DNA from: an uncultured bacterium
Lineage (GTDB): Bacteria > JAJVIF01 > JAPKYR01
Reading direction: 5' to 3'
Assembly: GCA_965369865.1 (NCBI GenBank)
Contig: CBDURU010000092.1
Span: 1 to 14,165 of the forward strand
Length of the DNA stretch: 14,165 nt
Shown here: positions 1 through 7,625 of the stretch, one piece after another
How the letters are laid out: the number at the start of each line of letters is the position of its first letter
How positions within the stretch are numbered: position 1 is the first letter of the stretch
Made by a program: the position numbers and the translations under genes
The notes under the pieces: model-generated
Told to the model about the DNA's origin: nothing
What the model saw: the letters and a program-made list of their open reading frames with translations, nothing else
Database searches by the model: none

Positions 1-43
1 GTCGGCATCCATTAATAAAGGCCGACAGGAATGTCGGCGCACC
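1..43. repeat. REP-like palindrome, probably one half of an inverted REP doublet truncated by the window edge
   Basis: GCCGACA-GGAA-TGTCGGC perfect 7-bp hairpin at 21-38 followed by GCACC (reads GGTGC-GCCGACATTCCTGTCGGC on minus). GTCGGC at 1-6 looks like the tail of a second, inverted copy. Lies just downstream of the stop of the 55..897 gene and could act as its terminator. Confidence 0.6.
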
Positions 44-54
44 TGAAAAAGAAA

Positions 55-897
55 TTATAAAATAGAACTCGTCTTAGGTTTAACCGTTATGTGCTCAGTG
101 TCGGATTTCGCCTTGTTGTAAAGCACCGTTAATAACCAGACCACAATCCCGACAATAAAAATCCTTAATGACGCGATCATTATCGAAAGAAATGCCATCG
201 AGTATCTCGCGCTGCCCTGCTCTTCCGTCAGAAGCCGGTTCAATAATTCATTGACCGATCCAAGCACCACTCCCGCCACGACCCAGACAAGCAGCGACCA
301 TAAAACCCAGATTATCGAGAGAATAACCGCGAAAATAAGAACGTCGGCTGGTTTTTTTAACACAACCGTTACCAGGATAAATATGAGTATCAATGCAATG
401 AAAAAAAACACCGGTGTCCATCCGCTATTGAGTTTAATGCTTGCATTGCTCGAAAAATCGGGAGTGCCGTCGGTCGAGGCCCCGGTTAATTCGAGCGAAG
501 TTCCCGTCAGTAAAATGGGACCGTACAGAAGTTCTATGACAGTGAACGCGGTTTTCTCATTTTCAAGGCGGACCGGCAAAAATTCGGCTTTATAACCCGA
601 CACCACCGATGAAATATATGTCTCTTCCGTTGCCCCGGCGAGGACAGTATCCCGGTCGTCGCCCCGTTCACGGTCCGAATCGACCTGCGCGTCGAACGTC
701 AGTCGCATGGCAAGCGACATGGCAATCGGGATAATAATGCATATACCCAGGATCAAGCCGGATAAAATAAAAAACCACATTATCCTCGACCATGGATTGG
801 GTTTTGTTTTTAAACTGATTGGCCTTCGAGGTGCCTGGTCTCGCGCGGCGGGGGATCCTCTATCGGGTTGTGGCCTGCGCACTTCAGTGTTATCCAT
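55..897 (-). CDS. Hypothetical integral membrane protein (280 aa, about 4 TM segments with a soluble loop after TM1)
   Basis: Long hydrophobic stretches (IMWFFILSGLILGICIIIPIAMSLAM; VFFFIALILIFILVTVVL; VLIFAVILSIIWVLWSLLVWVVAGVVLG; MAFLSIMIASLRIFIVGIVVWLLTVLY). SD-like GGAGG upstream; starts 20 nt after the stop of the 918..1907 gene. Confidence 0.8.
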   Translation of the reverse strand: MDNTEVRRPQPDRGSPAARDQAPRRPISLKTKPNPWSRIMWFFILSGLILGICIIIPIAMSLAMRLTFDAQVDSDRERGDDRDTVLAGATEETYISSVVSGYKAEFLPVRLENEKTAFTVIELLYGPILLTGTSLELTGASTDGTPDFSSNASIKLNSGWTPVFFFIALILIFILVTVVLKKPADVLIFAVILSIIWVLWSLLVWVVAGVVLGSVNELLNRLLTEEQGSARYSMAFLSIMIASLRIFIVGIVVWLLTVLYNKAKSDTEHITVKPKTSSIL

Positions 898-917
898 CCT
901 CTTGGTCCTCCAAATTT

Positions 918-1907
918 TTACACGATCAATGGTTTGAGCGATTCGAAAACATCTTCAAACTCCACCACCGATAAACAGTAACCATCGGTCAGCAGCCCTT
1001 CCACCGGATCCGGGTGAACGTCGATCATAACCCCCGCTGCCCCCGATGCAAGCGCCGCTTTTGCAATGCTCCCGACCTGCCCGGCGGATTTCGCGACCCT
1101 GGAAGGATAGATCAGCAATGGAAGCGGACAGGTTTCATTCATTTTTGCAACCCACGTCAAATCTATTTCAAGGTTCTCCCCAACCTGCCTGCCCGTCTCC
1201 ACAAGGGCGACAAACTCGTTTCCCTTCTCGACAATCATGCCCGCGGCTTCAAGCCATAGCTCGTTGGAAGCATCGGGATGCCTTTCTAAAAGGACCGGAT
1301 CGCCGATTTTCGCAAGCTGATCCTGAAGGCCGGTATCGAACATGAATTCGCCGGGGATATGATATGCAACCGCGTTAATGCTGGCCAGGGCGCTCCTGGG
1401 GCCGAGTTTCTCAACCATCCCGGTCGACATAATTCCGCTTTTTCTCGATATCGCGTCAATAATTGCCCCGGTACGTTCGTAGAGCGCTTTTGCAGCCAGG
1501 GTGTCTGTCGGTCGGTACGGACCGGCCTTGTACAAATTCACACCGATTGTCGCCAGCCTGGATGCAATTGACACAGCATGCTTCTGGCTTTCAAGGTAGG
1601 GGCTTCCCGCGATCACGACGGGCCTTGAACCGGTGCCGATCCACCTGTTCCCGCACTTGATCTTTACAGGTTTCAGGCTGGCCAGGGGATCATCCGGGTC
1701 CACCGGGAACGATACATGGGCGACAAATTCCATGTGCCTGAGTTGATGGTAGAGCTCCTCCAGTTTTAAAATTTCAGCGCTTTCAACAACAAGGTAGCTA
1801 GTTGAAAGTTCCTGGATGAATTTGTACTGGACTTTTAATGCCTTGCATCGCTCGGTGATCTTTCCGACATCGCTGAGACTTACCCTTGGGGTGAATCGTA
1901 CGAGCAT
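918..1907 (-). CDS. DAHP synthase type I-beta-like protein with N-terminal ferredoxin/ACT-like domain; catalytically degenerate
   Basis: Order and spacing of motifs match Thermotoga-type AroF: VVIAGSPYLES (IAGPCSVES), AGPYRPTDT (GGAYKPRTS), HIPGEFMFD (QIGARNMQN), PVLLERH (PVLLKRG), LVETG (LCERG), LPLLIYPSR (LPIIVDPSH), AALASGAAGVMIDVHPDP..LLTDG (AAIAAGADGLMIEVHPEP..ALSDG). 329 aa with a ~70-aa N-terminal extension. Confidence 0.85.
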   Translation of the reverse strand: MLVRFTPRVSLSDVGKITERCKALKVQYKFIQELSTSYLVVESAEILKLEELYHQLRHMEFVAHVSFPVDPDDPLASLKPVKIKCGNRWIGTGSRPVVIAGSPYLESQKHAVSIASRLATIGVNLYKAGPYRPTDTLAAKALYERTGAIIDAISRKSGIMSTGMVEKLGPRSALASINAVAYHIPGEFMFDTGLQDQLAKIGDPVLLERHPDASNELWLEAAGMIVEKGNEFVALVETGRQVGENLEIDLTWVAKMNETCPLPLLIYPSRVAKSAGQVGSIAKAALASGAAGVMIDVHPDPVEGLLTDGYCLSVVEFEDVFESLKPLIV

Positions 1908-1913
1908 GGGTTT

Positions 1914-1922
1914 ATTGTAGCA
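1914..1922 (-). promoter_or_regulatory. Extended -10 promoter, leaderless geometry
   Basis: Minus strand reads TG-C-TACAAT-AAACCC-ATG: the -10 box is 6 nt before the start codon at 1907, and there is no SD. Confidence 0.6.
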
Positions 1923-1949
1923 GACATGGGGGATTCGTGGTACGAAAAA

Positions 1950-1972
1950 GACAGGCTTGCAGCCTGTCCTAC
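1950..1972 (-). repeat. GTAG-family REP-like element
   Basis: GACAGGCT-TGC-AGCCTGTC perfect 8-bp hairpin followed by CTAC, i.e. GTAG-GACAGGCTGCAAGCCTGTC on minus. This is the GTAG + palindrome layout of REP sequences. Confidence 0.7.
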
Positions 1973-2014
1973 AAATAAGCTTTAAATTTATTCCGGACTA
2001 AAGTTAAAACCGCG

Positions 2015-2135
2015 TTGCAGGACTTATGCGCCAGACTGACGACTATGAACTCCGGTGCCGGACTTCCAAGCTAAATTTCAGTGCCAACTTCTCAAACGAT
2101 GAGTGCCCTTACAAAACGCCGGATAAATCCTGCAA
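2015..2135 (-). other. 121-nt intergenic segment closed by 13-bp inverted repeats (structured RNA or MITE-like; unassigned)
   Basis: TTGCAGGACTTAT (2015-2027) and ATAAATCCTGCAA (2123-2135) are 12/13 complementary; the mismatch is a G-U pair in minus-strand RNA. Internal hairpin TCCG-GTGC-CGGA at 2051-2062. Confidence 0.35.
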
Positions 2136-2171
2136 AATAAATATTGAATAAATCCAACAAATCTACTAAAT

Positions 2172-2828
2172 CTATGGATTACCGTTTAAAACGGACCATC
2201 GTTTATTATTGCCCGACTCCGATGGATCTATATGCAGCGGAAGACGCTGGTCGGGCAATGTTTTCGGTCTTTTAATATTCAACAGCCTTTTTATCGCATT
2301 GATCATCCGCTTCGCCTGCATGGGTTTACTGACCACCTCGTCCGCGCCCGCGATAATTGCCGACACAAGCGTATTCTCATGAGATCCGCCTGCAAGCGCG
2401 ACCACGACAACCTCCGGAAGGACATCCCTGATCCTGGAAACCAGCACCAGCCCGTCGATATCATTTACATCGAGATCGACAAACACCATCTCGGGTTTGT
2501 ATTTTTCCACAAGCTTTAAACCCTCGATACCGCTATCGGTTATACCGACAATTCTAAGTCCCGCCTGGGGACAAACGAGCATCAGAGATCTTCCCACAAG
2601 CGGGGTACCGCAGATCGCGACTGAATTTCTGGATCCCTTAGACGCTTTCCGCGCCGATTCCTCAACATCCGGCGTTATCAGGCCAAGGGTTCTCCCTTCA
2701 GCTTCCGGTGCGGGTTCATACAATGCAAGACGGTCGTACAAAGACCGTATCTCGCTTTCCCTTTTCGCGAGAAGGTCCATACATGCCGATACAACATCCA
2801 AAGCGTCTTCATAAGAGAGTTCTTTCAT
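2172..2828 (-). CDS. Receiver (CheY-like) domain protein with N-terminal helical extension and no DNA-binding output; atypical receiver
   Basis: REC pattern: IVGITDSGIEGLKLVEKYKPEMVFVDLDVNDIDGLVLVSRIR...AIIAGADEVVSKP. SD-like AAGGTGA upstream of the start. Confidence 0.85.
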   Translation of the reverse strand: MKELSYEDALDVVSACMDLLAKRESEIRSLYDRLALYEPAPEAEGRTLGLITPDVEESARKASKGSRNSVAICGTPLVGRSLMLVCPQAGLRIVGITDSGIEGLKLVEKYKPEMVFVDLDVNDIDGLVLVSRIRDVLPEVVVVALAGGSHENTLVSAIIAGADEVVSKPMQAKRMINAIKRLLNIKRPKTLPDQRLPLHIDPSESGNNKRWSVLNGNP

Positions 2829-2879
2829 TTGAACAACTCACCTTTACTTGAATTAAATCCACCCAAGGCCCCATTCAAA

Positions 2880-2895
2880 AGGGATAAATATCCCT
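2880..2895. promoter_or_regulatory. Palindromic putative operator upstream of the receiver gene
   Basis: AGGGATA-AA-TATCCCT, a perfect 7-2-7 inverted repeat about 50 nt upstream of the 2828 start. Confidence 0.35.
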
Positions 2896-3003
2896 ACATA
2901 CTTAATGTCCTTTGATCAAACCTAATAAGTGCATAAATTGGAGGGAAAAACCCTGCTAAACAAAATTTTCGTGAATTTGAAAAAAAGGATTTGTGCCCTG
3001 TCC

Positions 3004-4086
3004 CTATTCCATAACGCGCCAGCCACCGAACTCCTTCGTCGTGTGGCCTTCGGTGGCAAGGTCGTACAGCATATTTGAGAGGTCTATATAGAGGTCTTTT
3101 TTCTCCAGCTCATGCAGCCACCGGATCGGAATCGACTGTGCGCCATTAAAAGTCCCCGAAAGCGCTCCGACCATGCTGCTGATAGTATCCGCGTCACCGC
3201 CGGCATTCACAGTACAGATTACAGCCGATTCAAAATCAGTAGGGTGCACGAGAAATGAAAACAGTGCCGCCGGCAGGGACTGGAGAATAAACCGTCCTGT
3301 ACCCATATTTACCAGTTCCCTGATATCCGCGTCGAGGTAAATGCTCCGATCGAAATGCATGATTTCCTGCGGTCCGCCAGGAACAACAAACGCTATCTCC
3401 TCTATCTGGCGTCCCTTAAGCCGGGGTATAAGGTCCTCGATAACATGGCTAACCTGCTTGTTCAAATGAGCCGCTGTCGCAGCCAGGTCGGTGATGAAAT
3501 CGATTGGATCGAATGTATCATAATCGGCAAGAAGAAGGCGCTTGATTGCAATTGCGAAAATCTGGGAGCCGGCTATTGCCAGCGGATCGATATGGGTGGG
3601 TATCGACGAGTCCGCGGCCGCACGCAATAAAGTTTCCTCATCGCTCCTGCAATGGAATAAAGATAATGGCGGTATTCTCGCGGCTGCTGAATTGCCAGCC
3701 GAAAACTCCCCGCTTCGTTTCCAGAAAGTCCCCTTGTACAACCGCCTGGCGGCTAAGCTGACACTCTGGCCTACACCACGCCCCGCTTCCTCACCCTCAT
3801 CGATCCGGCGCATCCAGTCACCGATCATATAAGCGAAATGCGAAGGGTCGAAATGCTCATTCTGGATAATGCTCTCGGCAAGGAGCACCGCCATTTGCGT
3901 GTCATCCGTTACCAGGCCGCGGCCAAGAATGGTTGTCTGGAAGTCACGCACGAATCCAAGGCTTGCCCGAATCGTTTCATGAGACCATTCTTCGACCGGT
4001 GCGCCAAGCGCATCGCCACATGCAAGCCCTAAAAAGCATCCGACAAATCTGTCCAGTGTCTTAGGTTTCTTACGAGGATTTCCCAT
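3004..4086 (-). CDS. ADP-ribosylglycohydrolase family protein (DraG/ARH-like)
   Basis: Family motifs GLACGDALGAPVE, VTDDTQM, GNSAAARIPP, THIDP and NAGGDADTISSMVGALSG; metal-binding TDD and DxDT motifs are intact. Confidence 0.93.
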   Translation of the reverse strand: MGNPRKKPKTLDRFVGCFLGLACGDALGAPVEEWSHETIRASLGFVRDFQTTILGRGLVTDDTQMAVLLAESIIQNEHFDPSHFAYMIGDWMRRIDEGEEAGRGVGQSVSLAARRLYKGTFWKRSGEFSAGNSAAARIPPLSLFHCRSDEETLLRAAADSSIPTHIDPLAIAGSQIFAIAIKRLLLADYDTFDPIDFITDLAATAAHLNKQVSHVIEDLIPRLKGRQIEEIAFVVPGGPQEIMHFDRSIYLDADIRELVNMGTGRFILQSLPAALFSFLVHPTDFESAVICTVNAGGDADTISSMVGALSGTFNGAQSIPIRWLHELEKKDLYIDLSNMLYDLATEGHTTKEFGGWRVME

Positions 4087-4248
4087 ACTTAATTTTGGAG
4101 ATTACATCCTTGTTCTTTTAATACTATCCGACATTTGAAGATCTTTCACAACAATTGTACCAAGAATTCAACTGCCTATCGAATTCAATATCAAAATTTT
4201 GCCTTGCGCTTGACCAAAGCTGCGATCGTAAACGGTTCAACGCATGAT

Positions 4249-4482
4249 TTAAACAGCCCCGCAGGCTGAAATTATCAGGCTGCCAGGGTCGCAATATTTT
4301 TCGGCGACACTCATGACATCATCTATAGATACCTTTTTGTATTCTTCCAGTACTTTTAAATCGAAATCATATGGAAGCCTTAACGCTTCATATTTACCAA
4401 GCTGCGATGCTAAACTGTGATTTCCTATTCTTGAAATTAACCGGGCCCCCCTCACAACATTCTTGACATTAATGAATTTGGG
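4249..4482 (-). pseudogene. C-terminal remnant (~77 aa) of an M16 (pitrilysin/insulinase family) peptidase
   Basis: VKNVVRGARLISRIGNHSLASQLGKYEALRLPYDFDLKVLEEYKKVSIDDVMSVAEKYCDPGSLIISACGAV* matches the typical M16 C-terminal pattern (..S.A..L..YE..GLP.DY.....I..VT.EDV..VA.KY..P......GP). The upstream part of the 4249..4671 ORF is merely antisense to the lipoprotein gene. Confidence 0.75.
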
Positions 4483-4490
4483 GTTATATT
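4463..4490 (+). promoter_or_regulatory. Sigma70-type promoter for the 978-aa lipoprotein gene
   Basis: TTGACA (4463-4468), 16-nt spacer, TATATT (4485-4490), then 6 nt to the GTG at 4497. No SD visible. Confidence 0.55.
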
Positions 4491-4496
4491 TATATT

Positions 4497-7433
4497 GTGA
4501 TGAATTTATCAATGACGACATATATACGCCAATTATATGCCAATGTAACAATCCTGGCTTGCCTGGTCCTGCTTCTTTGCGGATGTTCAGGATCTGGGAA
4601 GCACAGCGATCCAGTATCCCCTGCTGAGCCAGGCTCGGATCATAATATCGGACTGTCGGATGGGATTCCAAATCCTGGTAACCGGTACACGCTGGGTGTC
4701 TGGGATTTTCATGTCGATCCTGCCACCCAGACAGTCACAGGCTCACAAAGACGTAACGCTGATATGCATCTCAACATTGTCAGGCTCCTGGAGGAGGCAT
4801 GTGCTGACTGCCTGAGGTTCGACAATTTCGATTTTTCAACGCCGGGTCAGTTAGATGTGGATATGACAATTAAACACCCTTTTGAAGGCAACCTGGCTCT
4901 GACAATTTTCGATGTCCGGGGGATTATTATAACTGATGATGGTCCCGGATTCTGCTGGTTTGGCTGGGGTGAAGATGTACCTGTCCTGGTAAATCCCGAT
5001 GGATATTCCGGGAATTTTAGTGAAATGAATTATCCATATAACCCGGATGAACCTGCGATGCTGAATTATTATCCGGGTGTTTTTAGCTTCGGTGAAAAGC
5101 GAGATGCTAGAGGAAATGCTTTTTTAGCATATGGAAAAGATAATCCGAGAAGGATGTTCCTTCCGGGAACTGAGGAAACCCGAACTTTACAGATTGCACT
5201 TCCTGGCATTCCATTTGATTTCGGATACGTAATAGATGTTTGCTGGGCTCTTCCGGATGCTGATCCTGTTGTTGATCCTGTGGATGATTTCCCCATTACC
5301 GCTAATTGCCCTGAAGCGTACAAACTTAATATCACTATTGGAGATGGTCTGACAACAGCTCCTGGAAGTAAAGCGTTAATCGAGGTCGAAGTGTTCGATC
5401 ATCAGGGGCATGAAACCATAATGTATATTTATGATTCTGACTATGATGTATCTATTCCCATGATCAGTGGTTGGTTATTTGGCCTAGATTTCTTGATTAT
5501 CTGGCGTGCTTCACCTTACAATTATGATAAACTTCATTTTGAATTTTCTAATGCAACCGGAGAAGACAGTTTTTTATTTACAGCGATAATAGAACAAGAA
5601 CTACTGTCAACGATTGAGGAAGGTATTTACCCACTATATATTTCAGTTTCAGATACGGTTGAAGCCCCAAATTTTTGGCCCTACGCAGCATCTCATGTAA
5701 TTCCGGTATTCCTTAGCGATGTCAATGCGCTACCCGTTGCTGAGGCGCTGGCGTATCCTGTTCCGCAGACAGTCGGGAAACCTGTCCAGTTTCGCAATAA
5801 CGGTTCATACGATCCTGATGGGGGTGCCATTACTAAATATGAATGGGACTGGGATATGGACGGGACCTTCGATGACGAGGGTAGTCCCGCGTTTCACTGG
5901 TTCGATACGCCCGGCACTCATTATGTAAACCTTCGTGTAACCGACAATGAGGGGTCGTCCCGAACGCTCTTTGAGCCTTTGGAAGTGATGATCAAGGAAG
6001 GGGAGGGCTGGGCACGCACGTGGGGGAGTAGTTATTCTGACTCCGCATGGGATGTAGCTGTGGATGACGCGGGAAACATTTATGTTGCGGGATATTATGG
6101 CTCGAGTATTGATTTTGATCCAAGTCCGTTTCTGGAAACAATGAGGCACTCTGCTGCTGGATTTATCAGTAAATTTGGCAGTGATGGCCAATTTAAATGG
6201 GTACGAACAATGATAGGTTCTTCTGATTCCGCACCTTCATCACTTATTATAGGTGACAATGGCAAACTTTATGCAGCGGGAAATTTCTGGTTACCATTGA
6301 CTTTTGAGGGAGATCCAACACAGACTGAATATTATGCCGGATCAGGGGCCGATCTTTTCCTGTGCTCTTATGGTGCAGCAGGTGTTTTCCAGTGGGCGAA
6401 AACATGGGGAGGGGATGAAGGAGGGATTGGAGCTAGCCAAATCAACCTCGACGGGGCTGACAATATCTACATTGGAGGTTCTTTTATAGGAACTGCGGAC
6501 TTCGATCCTGGTCCTGGGACTGAGTTCCATACAGCGCATCTTGAAAGAGATGCTTACATCGAAAAACTAAGCCCGACGGGTGATTTTATCTGGGCAAGGA
6601 CATGGGGATCAGAACCATATGACCAATATAGATTTGTAAACGAGGTAAGAGGGATCGCAATTGATTCCAGTGATGCTGTCTATTGTACTGGTCACTATGA
6701 AGGGATTGTAGATTTTGATCCCGGTCCTGAAACTGATATCCAGACTGTGCCTGGCTTTCCCCCAGAACCTGATGCAGATGCCTATCTGAGCAAATTCACA
6801 AGCGATGGTGAACATCAGTGGGTGAGAACGTGGGGAGGCTCTCGAATAGACGAAGGATATGGGGTGGCTATAGATAGTAATGATAATATTAGTGCTAATG
6901 GTTTTTTTCACGAGACTGTGGACTTCGATCCCGGTCCGGGAGAGTTTGAACTAACCGCAGAAAGCACATATGGGGCGTTTGGCCCATATTTGAGCAGGTT
7001 TAATACCGATGGTGATTTTATATGGGCTTTGACCTGGTCTGCCGCCCCGTATTGGTACGATCGTGGGTTATCGATCGGTCTGGATGCCTGGGATAATATA
7101 TTTCTTACAGGGATGTTTTATTCAATGTCTGATTTCGACCCGGGACCCGGGATTGAAGAAAGAACATCGGGTAGTGGGAGGGATTATTACCTGAGCAAAT
7201 TTAATGCTGACGGTGAGTTTTTATGGGTAGGGACCTGGGGAGGGACAGAATCGGTACGCAATGGGCACGGGGTTGCTGTAGACTCACTTGGTTATGCAAG
7301 TGTTGTTGGTGGTTATTTTGAATCGGCTGATTTCGATCCCGGACCTGGTGAAGACTGGCACTACGGTTCAGTAATCCAGAATCCCCAGCTAGACGCCTTC
7401 CTGACCAGGTTCCCTCCGGATGGCAATTGGTGA
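4497..7433 (+). CDS. Large surface lipoprotein: lipobox, uncharacterised N-terminal module, PKD domain, seven-blade SBBP-like beta-propeller
   Basis: Signal peptide ending LLLCG-C30; PKD signature (PVA...VQF...SYDPDGGAITKYEWDW..DG.....HWFDTPGTHYVNLRVTDNEG, ~5729-5995); seven WxxTWG...D..GNIY..G.F....DFDPGPG-type repeats (~6009-7430). The start could be 4497, 4500 or 4512. Confidence 0.9.
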   Translation: MMNLSMTTYIRQLYANVTILACLVLLLCGCSGSGKHSDPVSPAEPGSDHNIGLSDGIPNPGNRYTLGVWDFHVDPATQTVTGSQRRNADMHLNIVRLLEEACADCLRFDNFDFSTPGQLDVDMTIKHPFEGNLALTIFDVRGIIITDDGPGFCWFGWGEDVPVLVNPDGYSGNFSEMNYPYNPDEPAMLNYYPGVFSFGEKRDARGNAFLAYGKDNPRRMFLPGTEETRTLQIALPGIPFDFGYVIDVCWALPDADPVVDPVDDFPITANCPEAYKLNITIGDGLTTAPGSKALIEVEVFDHQGHETIMYIYDSDYDVSIPMISGWLFGLDFLIIWRASPYNYDKLHFEFSNATGEDSFLFTAIIEQELLSTIEEGIYPLYISVSDTVEAPNFWPYAASHVIPVFLSDVNALPVAEALAYPVPQTVGKPVQFRNNGSYDPDGGAITKYEWDWDMDGTFDDEGSPAFHWFDTPGTHYVNLRVTDNEGSSRTLFEPLEVMIKEGEGWARTWGSSYSDSAWDVAVDDAGNIYVAGYYGSSIDFDPSPFLETMRHSAAGFISKFGSDGQFKWVRTMIGSSDSAPSSLIIGDNGKLYAAGNFWLPLTFEGDPTQTEYYAGSGADLFLCSYGAAGVFQWAKTWGGDEGGIGASQINLDGADNIYIGGSFIGTADFDPGPGTEFHTAHLERDAYIEKLSPTGDFIWARTWGSEPYDQYRFVNEVRGIAIDSSDAVYCTGHYEGIVDFDPGPETDIQTVPGFPPEPDADAYLSKFTSDGEHQWVRTWGGSRIDEGYGVAIDSNDNISANGFFHETVDFDPGPGEFELTAESTYGAFGPYLSRFNTDGDFIWALTWSAAPYWYDRGLSIGLDAWDNIFLTGMFYSMSDFDPGPGIEERTSGSGRDYYLSKFNADGEFLWVGTWGGTESVRNGHGVAVDSLGYASVVGGYFESADFDPGPGEDWHYGSVIQNPQLDAFLTRFPPDGNW
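6009..7430 (+). repeat. Coding tandem repeats (~65-70 aa beta-propeller blades)
   Basis: DFDP(G/S)P codons begin at 6111, 6498, 6711, 6921, 7131 and 7329 (spacing 198-213 nt in the last five). One divergent blade (LTFEGDP) lies near 6300. Confidence 0.85.
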
Positions 7434-7625
7434 GAGATTAGAAATTGGCTAATAATATCAGCAAGATATTGAACATTAATAACCCTCTCTCGGGTTGGTA
7501 AACAAATTAATCATTTTTGATAAGGAAAAAGCTGGGGATTACCCTGTGCTTAACCAACTGTAAAACCATGGCTACCAGAAGCAGGCGCAGACGGAATAGA
7601 TTTCGCGAAGAGGGACGAATCTCAA

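Noticed and set aside
918..1907. Calling this gene a functional aroF or kdsA
   Set aside because: Metal ligands and PEP/E4P-binding residues are substituted, so no gene symbol was assigned.
2055..2107. CIRCE operator or sigma54 promoter from the GGCAC/GAGTGCC motifs
   Set aside because: The half-sites are direct rather than inverted with a 9-nt spacer, and TGGCAC is not followed by TTGC at the required distance.
4483..4671. N-terminal 63 aa of the 140-aa ORF 4249..4671 as real coding sequence
   Set aside because: It overlaps the lipoprotein signal-peptide region on the opposite strand and has no M16 character; only the last ~77 aa look genuine.
6111..7349. Regularly spaced GA(C/T)TT(C/T)GA(C/T)CC.GG.CC repeats as a CRISPR array or DGR repeats
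   Set aside because: Spacing is ~200 nt, variation is at synonymous positions, and all are in frame within the DFDPGP protein repeat. No cas or reverse transcriptase gene and no adenine-specific template/variable pair is present.
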